From: Cyanidioschyzon merolae
Lineage: Eukaryota
Length of the DNA: 64,000 bases
Direction: 5' to 3' (one strand)
Assembly: GCA_000091205.1 (NCBI GenBank)
Contig: AP006491.2
Numbering within the stretch: the first letter of the stretch is position 1; every line of letters starts with the position of its first letter. This document shows, in pieces, positions 1 to 11,706 of this stretch. Position numbers and translations under genes: made by a program. The notes below the pieces were generated by a model, which searched no databases, had not been told where the DNA came from, and saw nothing but the letters and a program-made list of their open reading frames with translations.

Positions 1-24
1 TGTCGGGCATACTGTGTGGCACAC

Positions 25-2428
25 ATTCATATAGCAGCTCCATCGTTCACCAATTGCCCAGGAGAAGGTTCCCATTACATACATCTTTGTAGTGCTCCAG
101 CCTTTCCGGTTCGCTGACCCGTGCTACACCAGCGACTCGCCCAGGGCGGATATCCAATGCCCGCCCACCTGACCACCGATTCGTATTCATCGCAACGCAT
201 CAGCTTCCCAGCACAATACCTCCACTGAGCACTAGAGGATTCCCTCAAGAGTTCGCTCGACACAATGCCGCGGGACGCTCCGAACGCTCCCGGCATTTCC
301 GTAAGTTGATCGAGGCGCTCAGGTCTGGGTGCAGCAAGTGCATGCGCACTTGTTGCGGATCGAGCCGCGGCATAGCAAGTCTCCTATCTTCGATGGCCTC
401 GTCAACTGACGCCCGGTCAGTTTGCCGTTGACCAGCCCGTGCATCCGACACGCTTCTACGCTGTTCCTCTCTACCAGCTCCAGCGTGCACCCCTGCCTGT
501 GATGCGCGTACATCGCCCTGTTCGCATTGACAGCAATAGTGCAGAATCGACTCGTGCACTCGTTGCACGCCGCCGTCGAAGGCACGGGAGTACAGCCTGT
601 GCGCAGCACTGCGCGTCGAGCGCCACAGGCTACCGCCAAACGACGCGAATTGTCGATCATCTCCCTCTGCTCTCCATTGAAGAAGTGAGCTGGTGCGCGC
701 TCGTGGTTTCATCGCACCGAGCTGGTTGGCGATCTCAATGCGGTCTCATGAAAACCTGCCAGGGATAGCCCACGTGAGCCAGATACACGCTCTTGTACGC
801 TCTGTGAGTGGCGCGCACAACGCATCCCGCTCAACTCGTTCAGGTGCTCAGAGCGCCATCATCGGGTCTGACGCCGCTATTCCACCCGCTGGCATGCCGC
901 CTGGCGTCCATCACGCCCGACTCCAGATAATACAGAGCCATGGAAAAACTTGAGCAGCCTCATGTGCTTTCCATTCACTTCGTAGCGTCTGAGCGCTTCA
1001 CCCAGAGGTACGGCGATGTCCTTGAGGTTGATAGACCGGAGATTCACACCCGCCACGACGCTTGTCTCCTTCTCTCGGTTGAACTGTCGCAAAGCACCCT
1101 CTTTGCTCGATTCAAGCCTCCGTTTCACAAAGTGTGGGCAAATGGATATTCAGTGTGATCTTGACCCTCGGATAATTTCCCCCGGGTGCCCTCCCGGGTC
1201 CTCTTGTCATACGGATTCTGCTGTTCTGTAACCAACGGAATTTTCTCCATCTCCTAATGTTGGCGCGGTGCTATAGACGTGGACCCTATATCGCATGCCC
1301 GCTTTTCTTCCTCGGGGTTCAGAGGCACTGGATGGCCGCCGGCACTGAGACTTGCGTTTTCTGTGTATGTATCTCCAAGTCTTCGAGCGCTCTTCCTCAC
1401 CTGCTCTGTCGCGGGCACGCTCACGCACCGTAGTGCACCTGTCCGCCCCCTTGGTTTCACACGCGATCGGAGAAGCGGGAGTGCGGTTCAGGCCTGGTGA
1501 AGCAAGAGAACGAGTCGTCGTAGGACGGTGCTGCGGATGCAAACGAAGCGTCTATGGATCCGTGAAAGTAGAGACGGCGTTTGACGAAACAGAAGTCGCC
1601 TTCGGCTGGGTGCAACCAAAGAGCCTAGGTTGGAACGAGGGACAGCTCAACGCCAATCTCAATTGCAGACGCCCTGACCGCGTTTGACCGATGGAAAAGC
1701 GGCACTGCCGAAGAGCAGTGCAGAAGAATTCGGTACTGGGAGCTCACGAACCGCTTCGATGAGGAAATGGACCATTGAACGATCCTGTCTGTTTGGTGAT
1801 TTGAGGGCGATCCCAACTGAATCCGGGGGCGAGGCGCATGTCGTCACCGTACGCGCCTGTGCCATATTTACGACCAGCGGTGATCCGCTGTTTGAGCACC
1901 CATATCGAGGTCGACCATTTCGCTCGGATGATACCTCATCGAGTGAAACGGAGACCGGCCCGTTCTGTACTAACCGTGCGCGTTACAGCATGAGATCGGT
2001 AGCGCGTTATTCAACGCACGACGGTCTCCCGAAGAAGAGCGCTTTTTGCTCTGTCCATCCGTGTCTCTTGGTGGCCATTGTATCGAGGGCACGGAAGCTA
2101 CACATCCTGTTGGTTCGTTAGGAACGTTTCCGAGAGCACGTATGGAGTGGATTGGATTGACTGGGAGACAATTTTGTGTACCGAGTTTGATCGTTTCCGT
2201 CGTGATGCCCAGAACGCAGAATAAGTAGTATGAGGAGTGCGGCTCATGTACCAGCTCACCGTAGAACAACTGACTTGAGCAAGTAAGGCCGTGTGTCGGA
2301 AGCTGGCAGTCACAGCATAAAGCATTTCCGCGATCTTTCTCCGATCCACGAGATACGTTCCTCTTGGTGAATACCTGCGCGAAGAGAACAAAAGAGGGTG
2401 TGCTTGTAAAGATATCCTAGAACGTACT
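25..2428. repeat. Left arm of a ~2.4 kb inverted repeat. It is the reverse complement of 6156..8560, with the symmetry axis at x+y≈8584.
   Basis: Near-identical ORF pairs on opposite strands (75..296- = 8288..8509+; 245..712- = 7872..8339+, 1 aa difference in 155; 1684..2121+ ≈ 6355..6900-). I reverse-complemented 1..85 by hand and it matches 8497..8540, then decays. The inner boundary was checked at 2428/6156. Confidence 0.85.
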
Positions 2429-2808
2429 GCTCTGCATACGGCATTTCGCTTGGGCTACTACTAACTGCGAGAGGCTTGCTGTCGGATGCGCGCTTTAGTG
2501 CGCTGCCCATGCAGAAAAGCTAAAAGACTGTATTCGCTCTTTACAGAGCTGACTGCTGCTCCTCGTGTGGTTCGTGGACCCTCTCGCTTCTCGGGCACGA
2601 GTGTCTGCAGGCCGCGCGTTGCACGTACCGAGAACAGAAAGCAGAACTGCTCGTTTGAGACGCTAGGCGCGGCAGGGAAACGAAAACAGTCGGCACTGTC
2701 CTGTGGTAGTCCCTGCTCCAGGGACTTTTGGCGGTGGCTCTTGAGCCAGTCCACAAACACTGAGCGTTAGCTACGAGAAAAAAGTGTGTTCTGGAAAGCC
2801 GGTGTAAA

Positions 2809-3372
2809 ATGGCGGAGCATCGAAAGCGCAAGCCGACGAAGTGTCTGCGGAATCTTCTCCTCACTGGAACTCCGGGAACCGGCAAATCTACAGTTGCTGC
2901 GAAGTTTTGTGCGAGAATGCGGTTGAACGTACCTGCAAACGACTGGCCTGTTCATATAAACGTCTCTGAACTGATCAAGGAGAACCCGTCGCGGTTCGCT
3001 GAGGAGTTTGATAGCGAACGCGACTGCTTCGTTATCAACGAAGACGCCGTAGTTGAGCACCTAGAGCCCATAGTGCAAAAGTGTAATGTGGTCTTAGAGC
3101 ACCATTCCAGTGACTGGTTCCCGGAACGCTGGTTTTCCCGAGTTGTGGTCCTGGCCAGCGCGACTGATGTACTGTATCGACGACTCGAGGCGAGAGGATA
3201 CACGACGGAAAAAGTGCAAGAAAACGTAGAAGCAGAAATCATGCAAGTTTGTGCAGATGAAGCGATGACGAGTTATGACCGCAAGATTGTTGACATTTAC
3301 GAGAACAATACTGAGGACGATATGGAGCGAATCGTAGGGAACCTCTGCGAATGGTGGTTGATCAGAAGTTGA
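2809..3372 (+). CDS. AK6: Adenylate kinase isoenzyme 6 (AK6/hCINAP/Fap7 family).
   Basis: ATG at 2809. P-loop LLTGTPGTGKST, then ...DWFPERWF...VLYRRLEARGYTTEKVQENVEAEIMQV, co-linear with AK6/Fap7 over the whole 187 aa. Confidence 0.8.
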   Translation: MAEHRKRKPTKCLRNLLLTGTPGTGKSTVAAKFCARMRLNVPANDWPVHINVSELIKENPSRFAEEFDSERDCFVINEDAVVEHLEPIVQKCNVVLEHHSSDWFPERWFSRVVVLASATDVLYRRLEARGYTTEKVQENVEAEIMQVCADEAMTSYDRKIVDIYENNTEDDMERIVGNLCEWWLIRS

Positions 3373-4687
3373 TCTGTCGACAAGCAGCAACCTGCTGCTC
3401 ACTCGGGCAATATGGGCACTTGAATCTTGTGTTGCCCCTGGGCAGGCGGTTCACTGTTTCTTTGCAGAGCACGTGGCCACAGGGGAGCAAGTACGGCGGA
3501 TTCGTTGGAGTGCTCTGCTCTCTGGAAACTGGGCAGACGAATATAGAGTGGTATTTGTACTTCTTGCCCAGGTCTATCTCAACAGGAAGTTCTTCCCGTT
3601 GTGTCCAGGATTCACGCGTTGCGAGCAGTCGAGTAGCGCGCATCAAAACTGGCAGTGCTATCGTTCCGCACGCAACAACGCTGTACAGGGGACTCTCCTC
3701 GCTTAGATCGAGATGTGCCCAGAAACAACGCCGAAAGGATTGCTCGGCGTCATCGGATAGCGCAGAGGTAAAAAATGAGGCATATGGAGATTTTGCGATA
3801 CGCGATACGAAGGCAAAGCAACCCATAAGTTGCTGAATTTCCTTAGTCTGGGAACGCTGGAAACGAGCAAAATGCTGGCGGGCGTATGCCAGGGCCTCTG
3901 GTAGTCGCCTTTCCTGTAGATAATTGACGAATCGCAAACGATGAAGTTTGAATTCCAGTTCACGTAGTTTTTCGGCAAGCGCTTGACGTCCAGCGTTCGT
4001 GGGTACAGACGGGGTAGCGCTGTGCGGTATGTATGTCGAGTCCTGCATCCTTTGCGCCGCTGAGCTCTCCGAGGCGCCGTCCTGGCTATCGCTGCTTCGC
4101 TCTATCCAGGAAGAGACCCGCTGTGTCCAGAGAATAGCAGGCTCAAGCGTTCCGTGGCGAATATCGTTCAAAATAGCGTACAAATCCCTGAAAGGGAGTC
4201 GATACGTGTCCTCAAAGCTTTGGCCGGACTCTCTAGCGAAGGAGTCCGCGATATCGAAGTGACCTTCTCGATAGAGGTGCTCACCGATTGCTCGTTCAAG
4301 AAGTGTTTTCTCCAGCGGTTGAACATTGCATAGTTGAGAGATCTGTGGGTCAAAACAATTTTCCCCGCTTTTCGTGTACTTGGTAATTGCAGCTTTCAAC
4401 TCCTTCTCTCGTACAGACAGAGTCTCGAAGAGAGCCAAAACTTGTTGCTGAAACTCTGCCAACAGCAACTTGCGTGCTTCTACAGATGTCGTAGGCGACA
4501 GTATGGCGACTTGGAAGCGATCCAGAGCATCCTTCAGGTTCTGGCACGCGTCAAAACTGGAGCCCGAAAGTTTCTTCTGTTTCGCGACCAGCCGCACCAG
4601 GTCCGCCGCAACACTCACAAGTCCAGCGCCGCGTTCTTTTGGCAACTGGCCGCTCATCAGAGCCTGTGATGTCTCGGTGCCAGACAT
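3362..4687 (-). CDS. GID/CTLH-complex RING-like E3 subunit (RMD5/MAEA homolog). The ORF track starts at 4846 with a non-ATG codon; the first in-frame ATG is at 4687.
   Basis: C-terminal degenerate RING: FVCPVSREQSTPTNPPYLLPCGHVLCKETVNRLPRGNTRFKCPYCP, matching the RMD5/MAEA-type RING. Upstream is a helical LisH/CTLH/CRA-like region. The 3' end overlaps the AK6 3' end by 11 bp, convergent. Confidence 0.6.
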   Translation of the reverse strand: MSGTETSQALMSGQLPKERGAGLVSVAADLVRLVAKQKKLSGSSFDACQNLKDALDRFQVAILSPTTSVEARKLLLAEFQQQVLALFETLSVREKELKAAITKYTKSGENCFDPQISQLCNVQPLEKTLLERAIGEHLYREGHFDIADSFARESGQSFEDTYRLPFRDLYAILNDIRHGTLEPAILWTQRVSSWIERSSDSQDGASESSAAQRMQDSTYIPHSATPSVPTNAGRQALAEKLRELEFKLHRLRFVNYLQERRLPEALAYARQHFARFQRSQTKEIQQLMGCFAFVSRIAKSPYASFFTSALSDDAEQSFRRCFWAHLDLSEESPLYSVVACGTIALPVLMRATRLLATRESWTQREELPVEIDLGKKYKYHSIFVCPVSREQSTPTNPPYLLPCGHVLCKETVNRLPRGNTRFKCPYCPSEQQVAACRQINF

Positions 4688-6155
4688 GTCGCCTCCTGGG
4701 GGCCTTTTCCACAAGCGCCGACACGAGAGTAACGACCTCGTATACCAGCACAGGAACCGTTCCAGGACACGCACTCGATCTGCTTCGTCTGTTGATGAGT
4801 CGCAGTCGATCGCGGCCGTCGCCCCTGTTGCGGCCCCCAGCAGCAAAGGCGACAGCAGCAGCGTCGTGAAACAATACCGAGAGACGTCCCAGCGGGTATC
4901 AGTTGTTACTCCCCGAAATTACCATAGGAAATATGGCGCTGAAATATGCGGAAAAGAAAGCATCACGGTTGGCGCGACTTTTTCTGTCCGTGCTGACGCC
5001 CTGTTAAGCTTGGATGTTCATCGGAAGGGGCGCTGTGCTCCAGTAGATTCATGTTGCAGCGCTGCGGCTGTTGTATCTCTTTCCGAGAGATAAGATGTGG
5101 AAATTCTCGTTATGTGCCGCTCTTGTGCACTGAACATGCGTCTTGAAACTTGGCAATACATTGCCTTGGCTCGTGGGAGAGTGCATGCATTAGACGCCTT
5201 CAGCCGTGGTCAGTGCATGTCGATGGTGCCGTGGTGACTGGGAGCAATCCGCCATGGTGGCTGATAATTGCGCAAAACCCCGCTCAATACGGAGCAAAAT
5301 ACGTCTGGCGCTCGAATCCGCACCGTCACCACAGATATAGAGCCCGTTGGCAACAAGCGAGTCGCGATTATGTCCCACGTTTGGACTTGGTTGCATCGCG
5401 CCTGCGGTTAATGTGCATGCTTGCAGCTATTGCCGCGTTTGCGCCGGGCATGCGTGCCCGCCTGAGGCTTCCCCTCGTTATGCATTTCCAAAGCGCACTC
5501 GGGATTGCGCAGCTGCTACTTCAAGCACACACGAGCCCGAGGACGGCCGCCGCCATAGCATAGAGAAGTACCGCTGTTCGTGAATGCCGCCAGAGAGGTC
5601 CCCGAATGCAGCCTCTCTTCTGAACGAGGATTACTGTTCGGGAAGTCCAAAAGGATGCTCCTCTTGGGGGCTTGTATCGAGCGTTCGCAAGATTTCTCCT
5701 GACACGCGCTCGGAGGACAGCAATGCAACACCGGCCCGAGTGGTCAGCGATCTTTCAACTCCGGGGGCACTTTCGCTCTACCTACCAAACTGTCGATGGT
5801 CTGGACGCATGAATAAGCTGCTAGATTCCGGACTTTACGACGCAAAACAACAGGTTTGCGTCATGGTACAGAGGTGCGCCCTCGGTAGAGGTGCCTGAAG
5901 GACCCATTCCATGCCAGGCTGAACACCAGAACGATACGGCGCAGAAACAACCATCACGCGTTCAGATGATGCTGGTTAGATTCAGGAAGCCAGAAGTACC
6001 CACATCTGGGAAGCGGCTTGAGCTCCTTTGGACAGAGCTGCGTATGCTTTACTGGCAAGTGGGTCAATTAGAGTCCAGCCGAGCCAGTGACTCTCCAGCA
6101 GGACGTGCACACGATGCTGATTTCCGGTTTGTCGGTACGCGTTACATTCAAAGCA

Positions 6156-8560
6156 GTACGTTCTAGGATATCTTTACAAGCACACCCTCTTTTATTCTCT
6201 TCGCGCAGGTATTCACCAAGAGGAACGTATCTCGTGGATCGGAGAAAGATCGCGGAAATGCTTTATGCTGTGACTGCCAGCTTCCGACACACGGCCTTAC
6301 TTGCTCAAGTCAGTTGTTCTACGGTGAGCTGGTACATGGGCCGCACTCCTCATACTACTTATTCTGCGTTCTGGACATCACGACGGAAACGACCAAACTC
6401 GGTACACAAAATTGTCTCCCAGTCAATCCAATCCACTCCATACGTGCTCTCGGAAACGTTCCTAACGAACCAACAGGATGTGTAGCTTCCGTGCCCTCGA
6501 TACCAATGGCCACCAAGAGACACGGATGGACAGAGCAAAAAGCGCTCTTCTTCGGGAGACCGTCGTGCGTTGAATAACGTGCTACCGATCTCATGCTGTA
6601 ACGCGCACGGTTAGTACAGAACGGGCCGGTCTCCGTTTCACTCGATGAGGTATCATCCGAGCGAAATGGTCGACCTCGATATGGGTGCTCAAACAGCGGA
6701 TCACCGCTGGTCGTAAATATGGCACAGGCGCGTACGGTGACAACATGCGCCTCGCCCCCGGATTCAGTTGGGATCGCCCTCAAATCACCAAACAGACAGG
6801 ATCGTTCAATGGTCCATTTCCTCATCGAAGCGGTTCGTGAGCTCCCAGTACCGAATTCTTCTGCACTGCTCTTCGGCAGTGCCGCTTTTCCATCGGTCAA
6901 ACGCGGTCAGAGCGTATGCAATTGAGATTGGCGTTGAGCTGTCCCTCGTTCCAACTTAGGCTCTTTGGTTGCACCCAGCCGAAGGCGACTTCTGTTTCGT
7001 CAAACGCCGTCTCTACTTTCACGGATCCATAGACGCTTCGTTTGCATCCGCAACACCGTCCTACGACGACTCGTTCTCTTGCTTCACCAGGCCTGAACCG
7101 CACTCCCGCTTCTCCGATCGCGTGTGAAACCAAGGGGGCGGACAGGTGCACTACGGTGCGTGAGCGTGCCCGCGACAGAGCAGGTGAGGAAGAGCGCTCG
7201 AAGACTTGGAGATACATACACAGAAAACGCAAGTCTCAGTGCCGGCGGCCATCCAGTGCCTCTGAACCCCGAGGAAGAAAAGCGGGCATGCGATATAGGG
7301 TCCACGTCTATAGCACCGCGCCAACATTAGGAGATGGAGAAAATTCCGTTGGTTACAGAACAGCAGAATCCGTATGACAAGAGGACCCGGGAGGGCACCA
7401 GGGGGGAATTATCCGAGGGTCAAGATCACACTGAATATCCATTTGCCCACACTTTGTGAAACGGAGGCTTGAATCGAGCAAAGAGGGTGCTTTGCGACAG
7501 TTCAACCGAGAGAAGGAGACAAGCGTCGTGGCGGGTGTGAATCTCCGGTCTATCAACCTCAAGGACATCGCCGTACCTCTGGGTGAAGCGCTCAGACGCT
7601 ACGAAGTGAATGGAAAGCACATGAGGCTGCTCAAGTTTTTCCATGGCTCTGTGTTATCTGGAGTCGGGCGTGATGGACGCCAGGCGGCATGCCAGCGGGT
7701 GGAATAGCGGCGTCAGACCCGATGATGGCGCTCTGAGCACCTGAACGAGTTGAGCGGGATGCGTTGTGCGCGCCACTCACAGAGCGTACAAGAGCGTGTA
7801 TCTGGCTCATGTGGGCTATCCCTGGCAGGTTTCCATGAGACCGCATTGAGATCGCCAACCAGCGCGGTGCGATGAAACCACGAGCGCGCACCAGCTCACT
7901 TCTTCAATGGAGAGCAGAGGGAGATGATCGACAATTCGCGTCGTTTGGCGGTAGCCTGTGGCGCTCGACGCGCAGTGCTGCGCACAGGCTGTACTCCCGT
8001 GCCTTCGACGGCGGCGTGCAACGAGTGCACGAGTCGATTCTGCACTATTGCTGTCAATGCGAACAGGGCGATGTACGCGCATCACAGGCAGGGGTGCACG
8101 CTGGAGCTGGTAGAGAGGAACAGCGTAGAAGCGTGTCGGATGCACGGGCTGGTCAACGGCAAACTGACCGGGCGTCAGTTGACGAGGCCATCGAAGATAG
8201 GAGACTTGCTATGCCGCGGCTCGATCCGCAACAAGTGCACATGCACTTGCTGCACCCAGACCTGAGCGCCTCGATCAACTTACGGAAATGCCGGGAGCGT
8301 TCGGAGCGTCCCGCGGCATTGTGTCGAGCGAACTCTTGAGGGAATCCTTTAGTGCTCAGTGGAGGTATTGTGCTGGGAAGCTGATGCGTTGCAATGAATA
8401 TGAATCGGTGGTCAGGTGGGCGGGCATTGGATATCTGCCCTGGGCGAGTCGCTGGTGTAGCACGGGTCAGCGAACCGGAAAGGCTGGAGCACTACAAAGA
8501 TGTATGTAATGGGAACCTTCTCCTGGGCAATTGGTGAACGATAGAGGTGTTATATCATTG
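6156..8560. repeat. Right arm of the ~2.4 kb inverted repeat (partner of 25..2428).
   Basis: Same evidence as the left arm. ORFs 6087..6485+, 6355..6900-, 6897..7232-, 7042..7377+ and 7872..8339+ mirror left-arm ORFs at ~99% amino-acid identity. Confidence 0.85.
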
Positions 8561-10281
8561 GATACTAGTAAGAATACTCGGGATATAACGAGAGCGTTTG
8601 GTAGCATTGCTACAACGCAGGATCGGAGTCCTGGTTATGCATTGAAATATTAAATAACTCTCAGCGGAAACCTCCGAGGGCGTTTTCAAATCAAGAGGGA
8701 AAACGGTTCGCTCGGAGTCTACACCTGTGTGACACTAATACAGAAAACTGAAGAGCTCGCTCTCTTCATGCCTCGAGATTTTCCCGACCTTATTCAGCTG
8801 ACGTCCAATTACAAGGGTTCGTAAAGTAACCGATATCATCATCCTGTTCATACGGCCAGGCCAAGCGTCCACTCGCCTCGTTTTTTTTTCTGTTTAGCAT
8901 GCTCGAATCAAGCAGACTACAAGCTTTCGCTCTTTCTTTTTCAGAGGTAACTCGTGAGCGTAGTGATCTGTGCAACGGGATTGATGAGTAAAAATACTTG
9001 ACGTCGCCCATGCGCGACCTCTTCACAAGCTCATGCCGAAACTTCACTGAATTTCTCCCGTTAAATGATAAATTACGTTCGGATTACAAATTCAGCTCTT
9101 TTTGTGGCCATTTACGAAGCGGTATTCAATTGCTGTTGGATAGCTCTCACGGGATATGCTGCCAGAGGCTCCCGTCTCGTTGGTTTGCAGGGAAAAGAGT
9201 TTCGGACTGGGACTAGAGACATCGCTGCGGTCGCTCCCAGTGTAGGGAGTGTAACGATTTTGTACGACGCGAGCGTAGAACGGATCGAAATCCATCGATT
9301 TCTTCACCACCCTGGATTTTCGTTCCGGAACTTGTTTCAGTACGCAGAAAGTAGCGTTCCACAAATCCTCTATCCAATGGAGCAGCATGCGCTTACGTGT
9401 GCTGCGGACGGAGCATTCGCAATGGGAATCGCCCAGAAGAAGCCTTTGATCATGTGATAGGGCAGCAGGCGTCGAAAACAAAGACCGCATCAGGCGGAGC
9501 CTTCTAGACCGGTAAAGGGCGTGTACCGAGCGTTGAAGGAAGCGTTCACGCTTCACAAGGCAACCATCGGAGGAGCAGTAACGGCCGACACGTGGGATCA
9601 CTTCAACTCTGTTAAATGTTACCGCTACGAGGGGCGACTTGGGGCTGCGTTCGAATGTGATGAAAATAGCAAACAGACTGTAGATCGCTTCTTCCGCCTG
9701 TGTATGAAATGCATCACCAGCAGCAGCAAGCAGCAGAGTCGGGACTTGAGTAGCGCCATCCACATCCTTCCCCTGGTGACATCGAAGCTGATGGGAACGG
9801 AGAGACCACCATAGAAATCCGCATATTACAGTGGAAAAGTAAGTAGTGGCAGAACGAGCCTACAAGACTAATGTTGATGATAGCGCGAAGAGACCCAAAC
9901 GTCTGCTCGTACGTTCCTGTTAGCTAGACGGGACTCGTTCCGTTTTAGTGTGACATGGAGCCCATACTTTGCGTGGAGCTCTTGGAGGGATTGGACGTCT
10001 GGCATCCGGCAGGCCGCCGTTTAAGCTACGTGTATGGTTTTGTGCTGAAGTAGACGTGCGACGAGCTGCCTTCGTGTCCACTTGTACACATGCCTTCACT
10101 TGTTGGCGTCTAAGGAGCAAGCGGACGCGCACGGGTCGCGGACGCGAGTTGGCGCCAAACAACTTGAAAGTGTGCTCCTCCTCGTCGAGGTCGACGTTTT
10201 CGCAGCTCACAGAGAAGCGAAAAGTCTTTCCTGCAGAGTTCTCGCCGCTCCCTGATTCGATCTTTTGGGTGGAGCTTCGAC

Positions 10282-11706
10282 ATGAAGGTTCCATTCTGGC
10301 TATTTGCACTTATGGTTGCTTTGGTTTCGTTCAACGGGTGCAATATAGCGAAACCCGCTCAGTCTTGCCTTGGCTCGGGGCTCGCAGGCTGCTCGGCGCA
10401 GTTGTATTCTGGGAACCGGAAGGGTTGGTTCAGCGTATCCGGCTCCGTACAGGATACAATATTTACTCAGAATGAGCTTGCATCAAGCTTGGAGAGACTC
10501 GTCAGCCACATAATAGAACCTTTCCGAAATGCAACAGCGGAGGAGCTTCGCCACAGACTACGCACACTGTTCGAGCGCAAGACGTATCGCGTAACCCCGA
10601 ACGGTGCACGCAAAGCCGAAGGTTGTGTCGTCTGGTCGTGGCAGGGAGGAAACCTTACGTTCAACGCACCGACAGAGACGGAAACGATGATGCACCGCAC
10701 GAAACCTTTCTGGTACAATCGCTTACGCTGGACGTGGGAGCTGTTTGAAGCGATAAAAATGCCCAGAGACGACTTTGAGATAGCGCAGTGCCTGCATGAC
10801 TGTGTTCAGACTGTTCGAAAGGAGCCGCAGTTCGCCAAAATGCCTCGGTATCCCGAACCTGGACCGATTCCAATTCTCAGTCTCATCCAGTGCTGCGGCA
10901 TTAGCGATGATATTCCCGCACCAGTTTTTGAATCTGGCAGACCTGGCCCGAGAACGATTTTCTCAACTGGTCTTCGCGACTGGGATGTTGCTTGCGCGCT
11001 CCAAGCTGCTTCTGCTTTACCGTGGGCGTTTAGACTGCCCAAGGCAGTCTTCCGCGGCTCCGCTCGAGAATCTCTAGAGGAAACCAGACTTGCGACCGTC
11101 TCTGGGCGGAGAGGAATCCACGGACGCAGAGGGTCGAACGCGTATGGCCGGCGAGCCCTGGCAGAGCATGGCCGCCGACACCCAGCATTGCTGGATGTAC
11201 TTGTCACAGAATCCGGGGGCAACAGAAGTGCCGGCGGCTTTATGTCTGTCCGGAAGTTGGTGAACTACCGCTACTCTGTGCATGCTGAAGGCAACTGTGG
11301 CTGGGCAGACCGCTTATGGTGGCAGCTACACGCTCCGCAAGTGCTGCTAAAGCAGCGATCACCGTGCGGTCTGTACTTCGAACCCCTGATGAAGCCATAC
11401 AGAGATCACATCCCTGTCTCTGGGTCATTTGACGACCTCAGTCGCAAAGTAAAGTGGCTCCAGCGCCACGAGTCGGATGCTCTCGTAATGGCGACGAATG
11501 CAATGAGATTCGCGGAGGCGTACCTCGTTAGACGGAGCATACTCAAATACTTTGAGATGGTCCTAAACCAGTACGCACAAATTTGGCGACATCATTCTTA
11601 TGGAGATCGCGGGCACTTCCAATCAGGAGGTGGTGGCGCTGAATGCCTTCGACCTCGTTTCGACTTTTGGTTCTTAGAAGAAAAAAGGGATGCAGATGCG
11701 GGATAG
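10282..11706 (+). CDS. Secreted GT90-family glycosyltransferase (CAP10/POGLUT/KDELC-like).
   Basis: ATG at 10282. N-terminal signal peptide MKVPFWLFALMVALVSFNGC. The C-terminal half (WADRLWWQLHAPQVLLKQRSPCGLYFEPLMKPYRDHIPVS...FDDLSRKVKWLQRHESDALVMATNAMRFAEAYL) follows the conserved GT90/CAP10 domain pattern. Confidence 0.55.
   Translation: MKVPFWLFALMVALVSFNGCNIAKPAQSCLGSGLAGCSAQLYSGNRKGWFSVSGSVQDTIFTQNELASSLERLVSHIIEPFRNATAEELRHRLRTLFERKTYRVTPNGARKAEGCVVWSWQGGNLTFNAPTETETMMHRTKPFWYNRLRWTWELFEAIKMPRDDFEIAQCLHDCVQTVRKEPQFAKMPRYPEPGPIPILSLIQCCGISDDIPAPVFESGRPGPRTIFSTGLRDWDVACALQAASALPWAFRLPKAVFRGSARESLEETRLATVSGRRGIHGRRGSNAYGRRALAEHGRRHPALLDVLVTESGGNRSAGGFMSVRKLVNYRYSVHAEGNCGWADRLWWQLHAPQVLLKQRSPCGLYFEPLMKPYRDHIPVSGSFDDLSRKVKWLQRHESDALVMATNAMRFAEAYLVRRSILKYFEMVLNQYAQIWRHHSYGDRGHFQSGGGGAECLRPRFDFWFLEEKRDADAG

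Noticed and set aside
6355-6900. 181-aa ORF in the right inverted-repeat arm (145 aa in the left arm) as a possible transposase or gene of the repeat.
   Set aside because: Its length differs between arms because of a stop-codon difference, so it is not under constraint. It has no recognisable catalytic motifs (no DDE, HUH, RT or YR signatures).
8560-8800. Possible small ncRNA just outside the right inverted-repeat arm (the hairpin TGAAGAGCTCGCTCTCTTCA at ~8750 and 'ggtagcattgctacaacgcaggatcggagtcctggtta').
   Set aside because: There is no proper tRNA cloverleaf (no T-loop GTTCGAnTC, no acceptor pairing) and no clear C/D or H/ACA boxes. It is probably just UTR or intergenic sequence.
9065-9814. 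Competing ORFs at 9.0-9.8 kb: 9065..9457+ and 9521..9814+ versus 9092..9763-.
   Set aside because: I could not decide which strand is coding and recognise no family on either. The two plus-strand pieces might be one gene with a frameshift or intron. I left it unannotated rather than guess.
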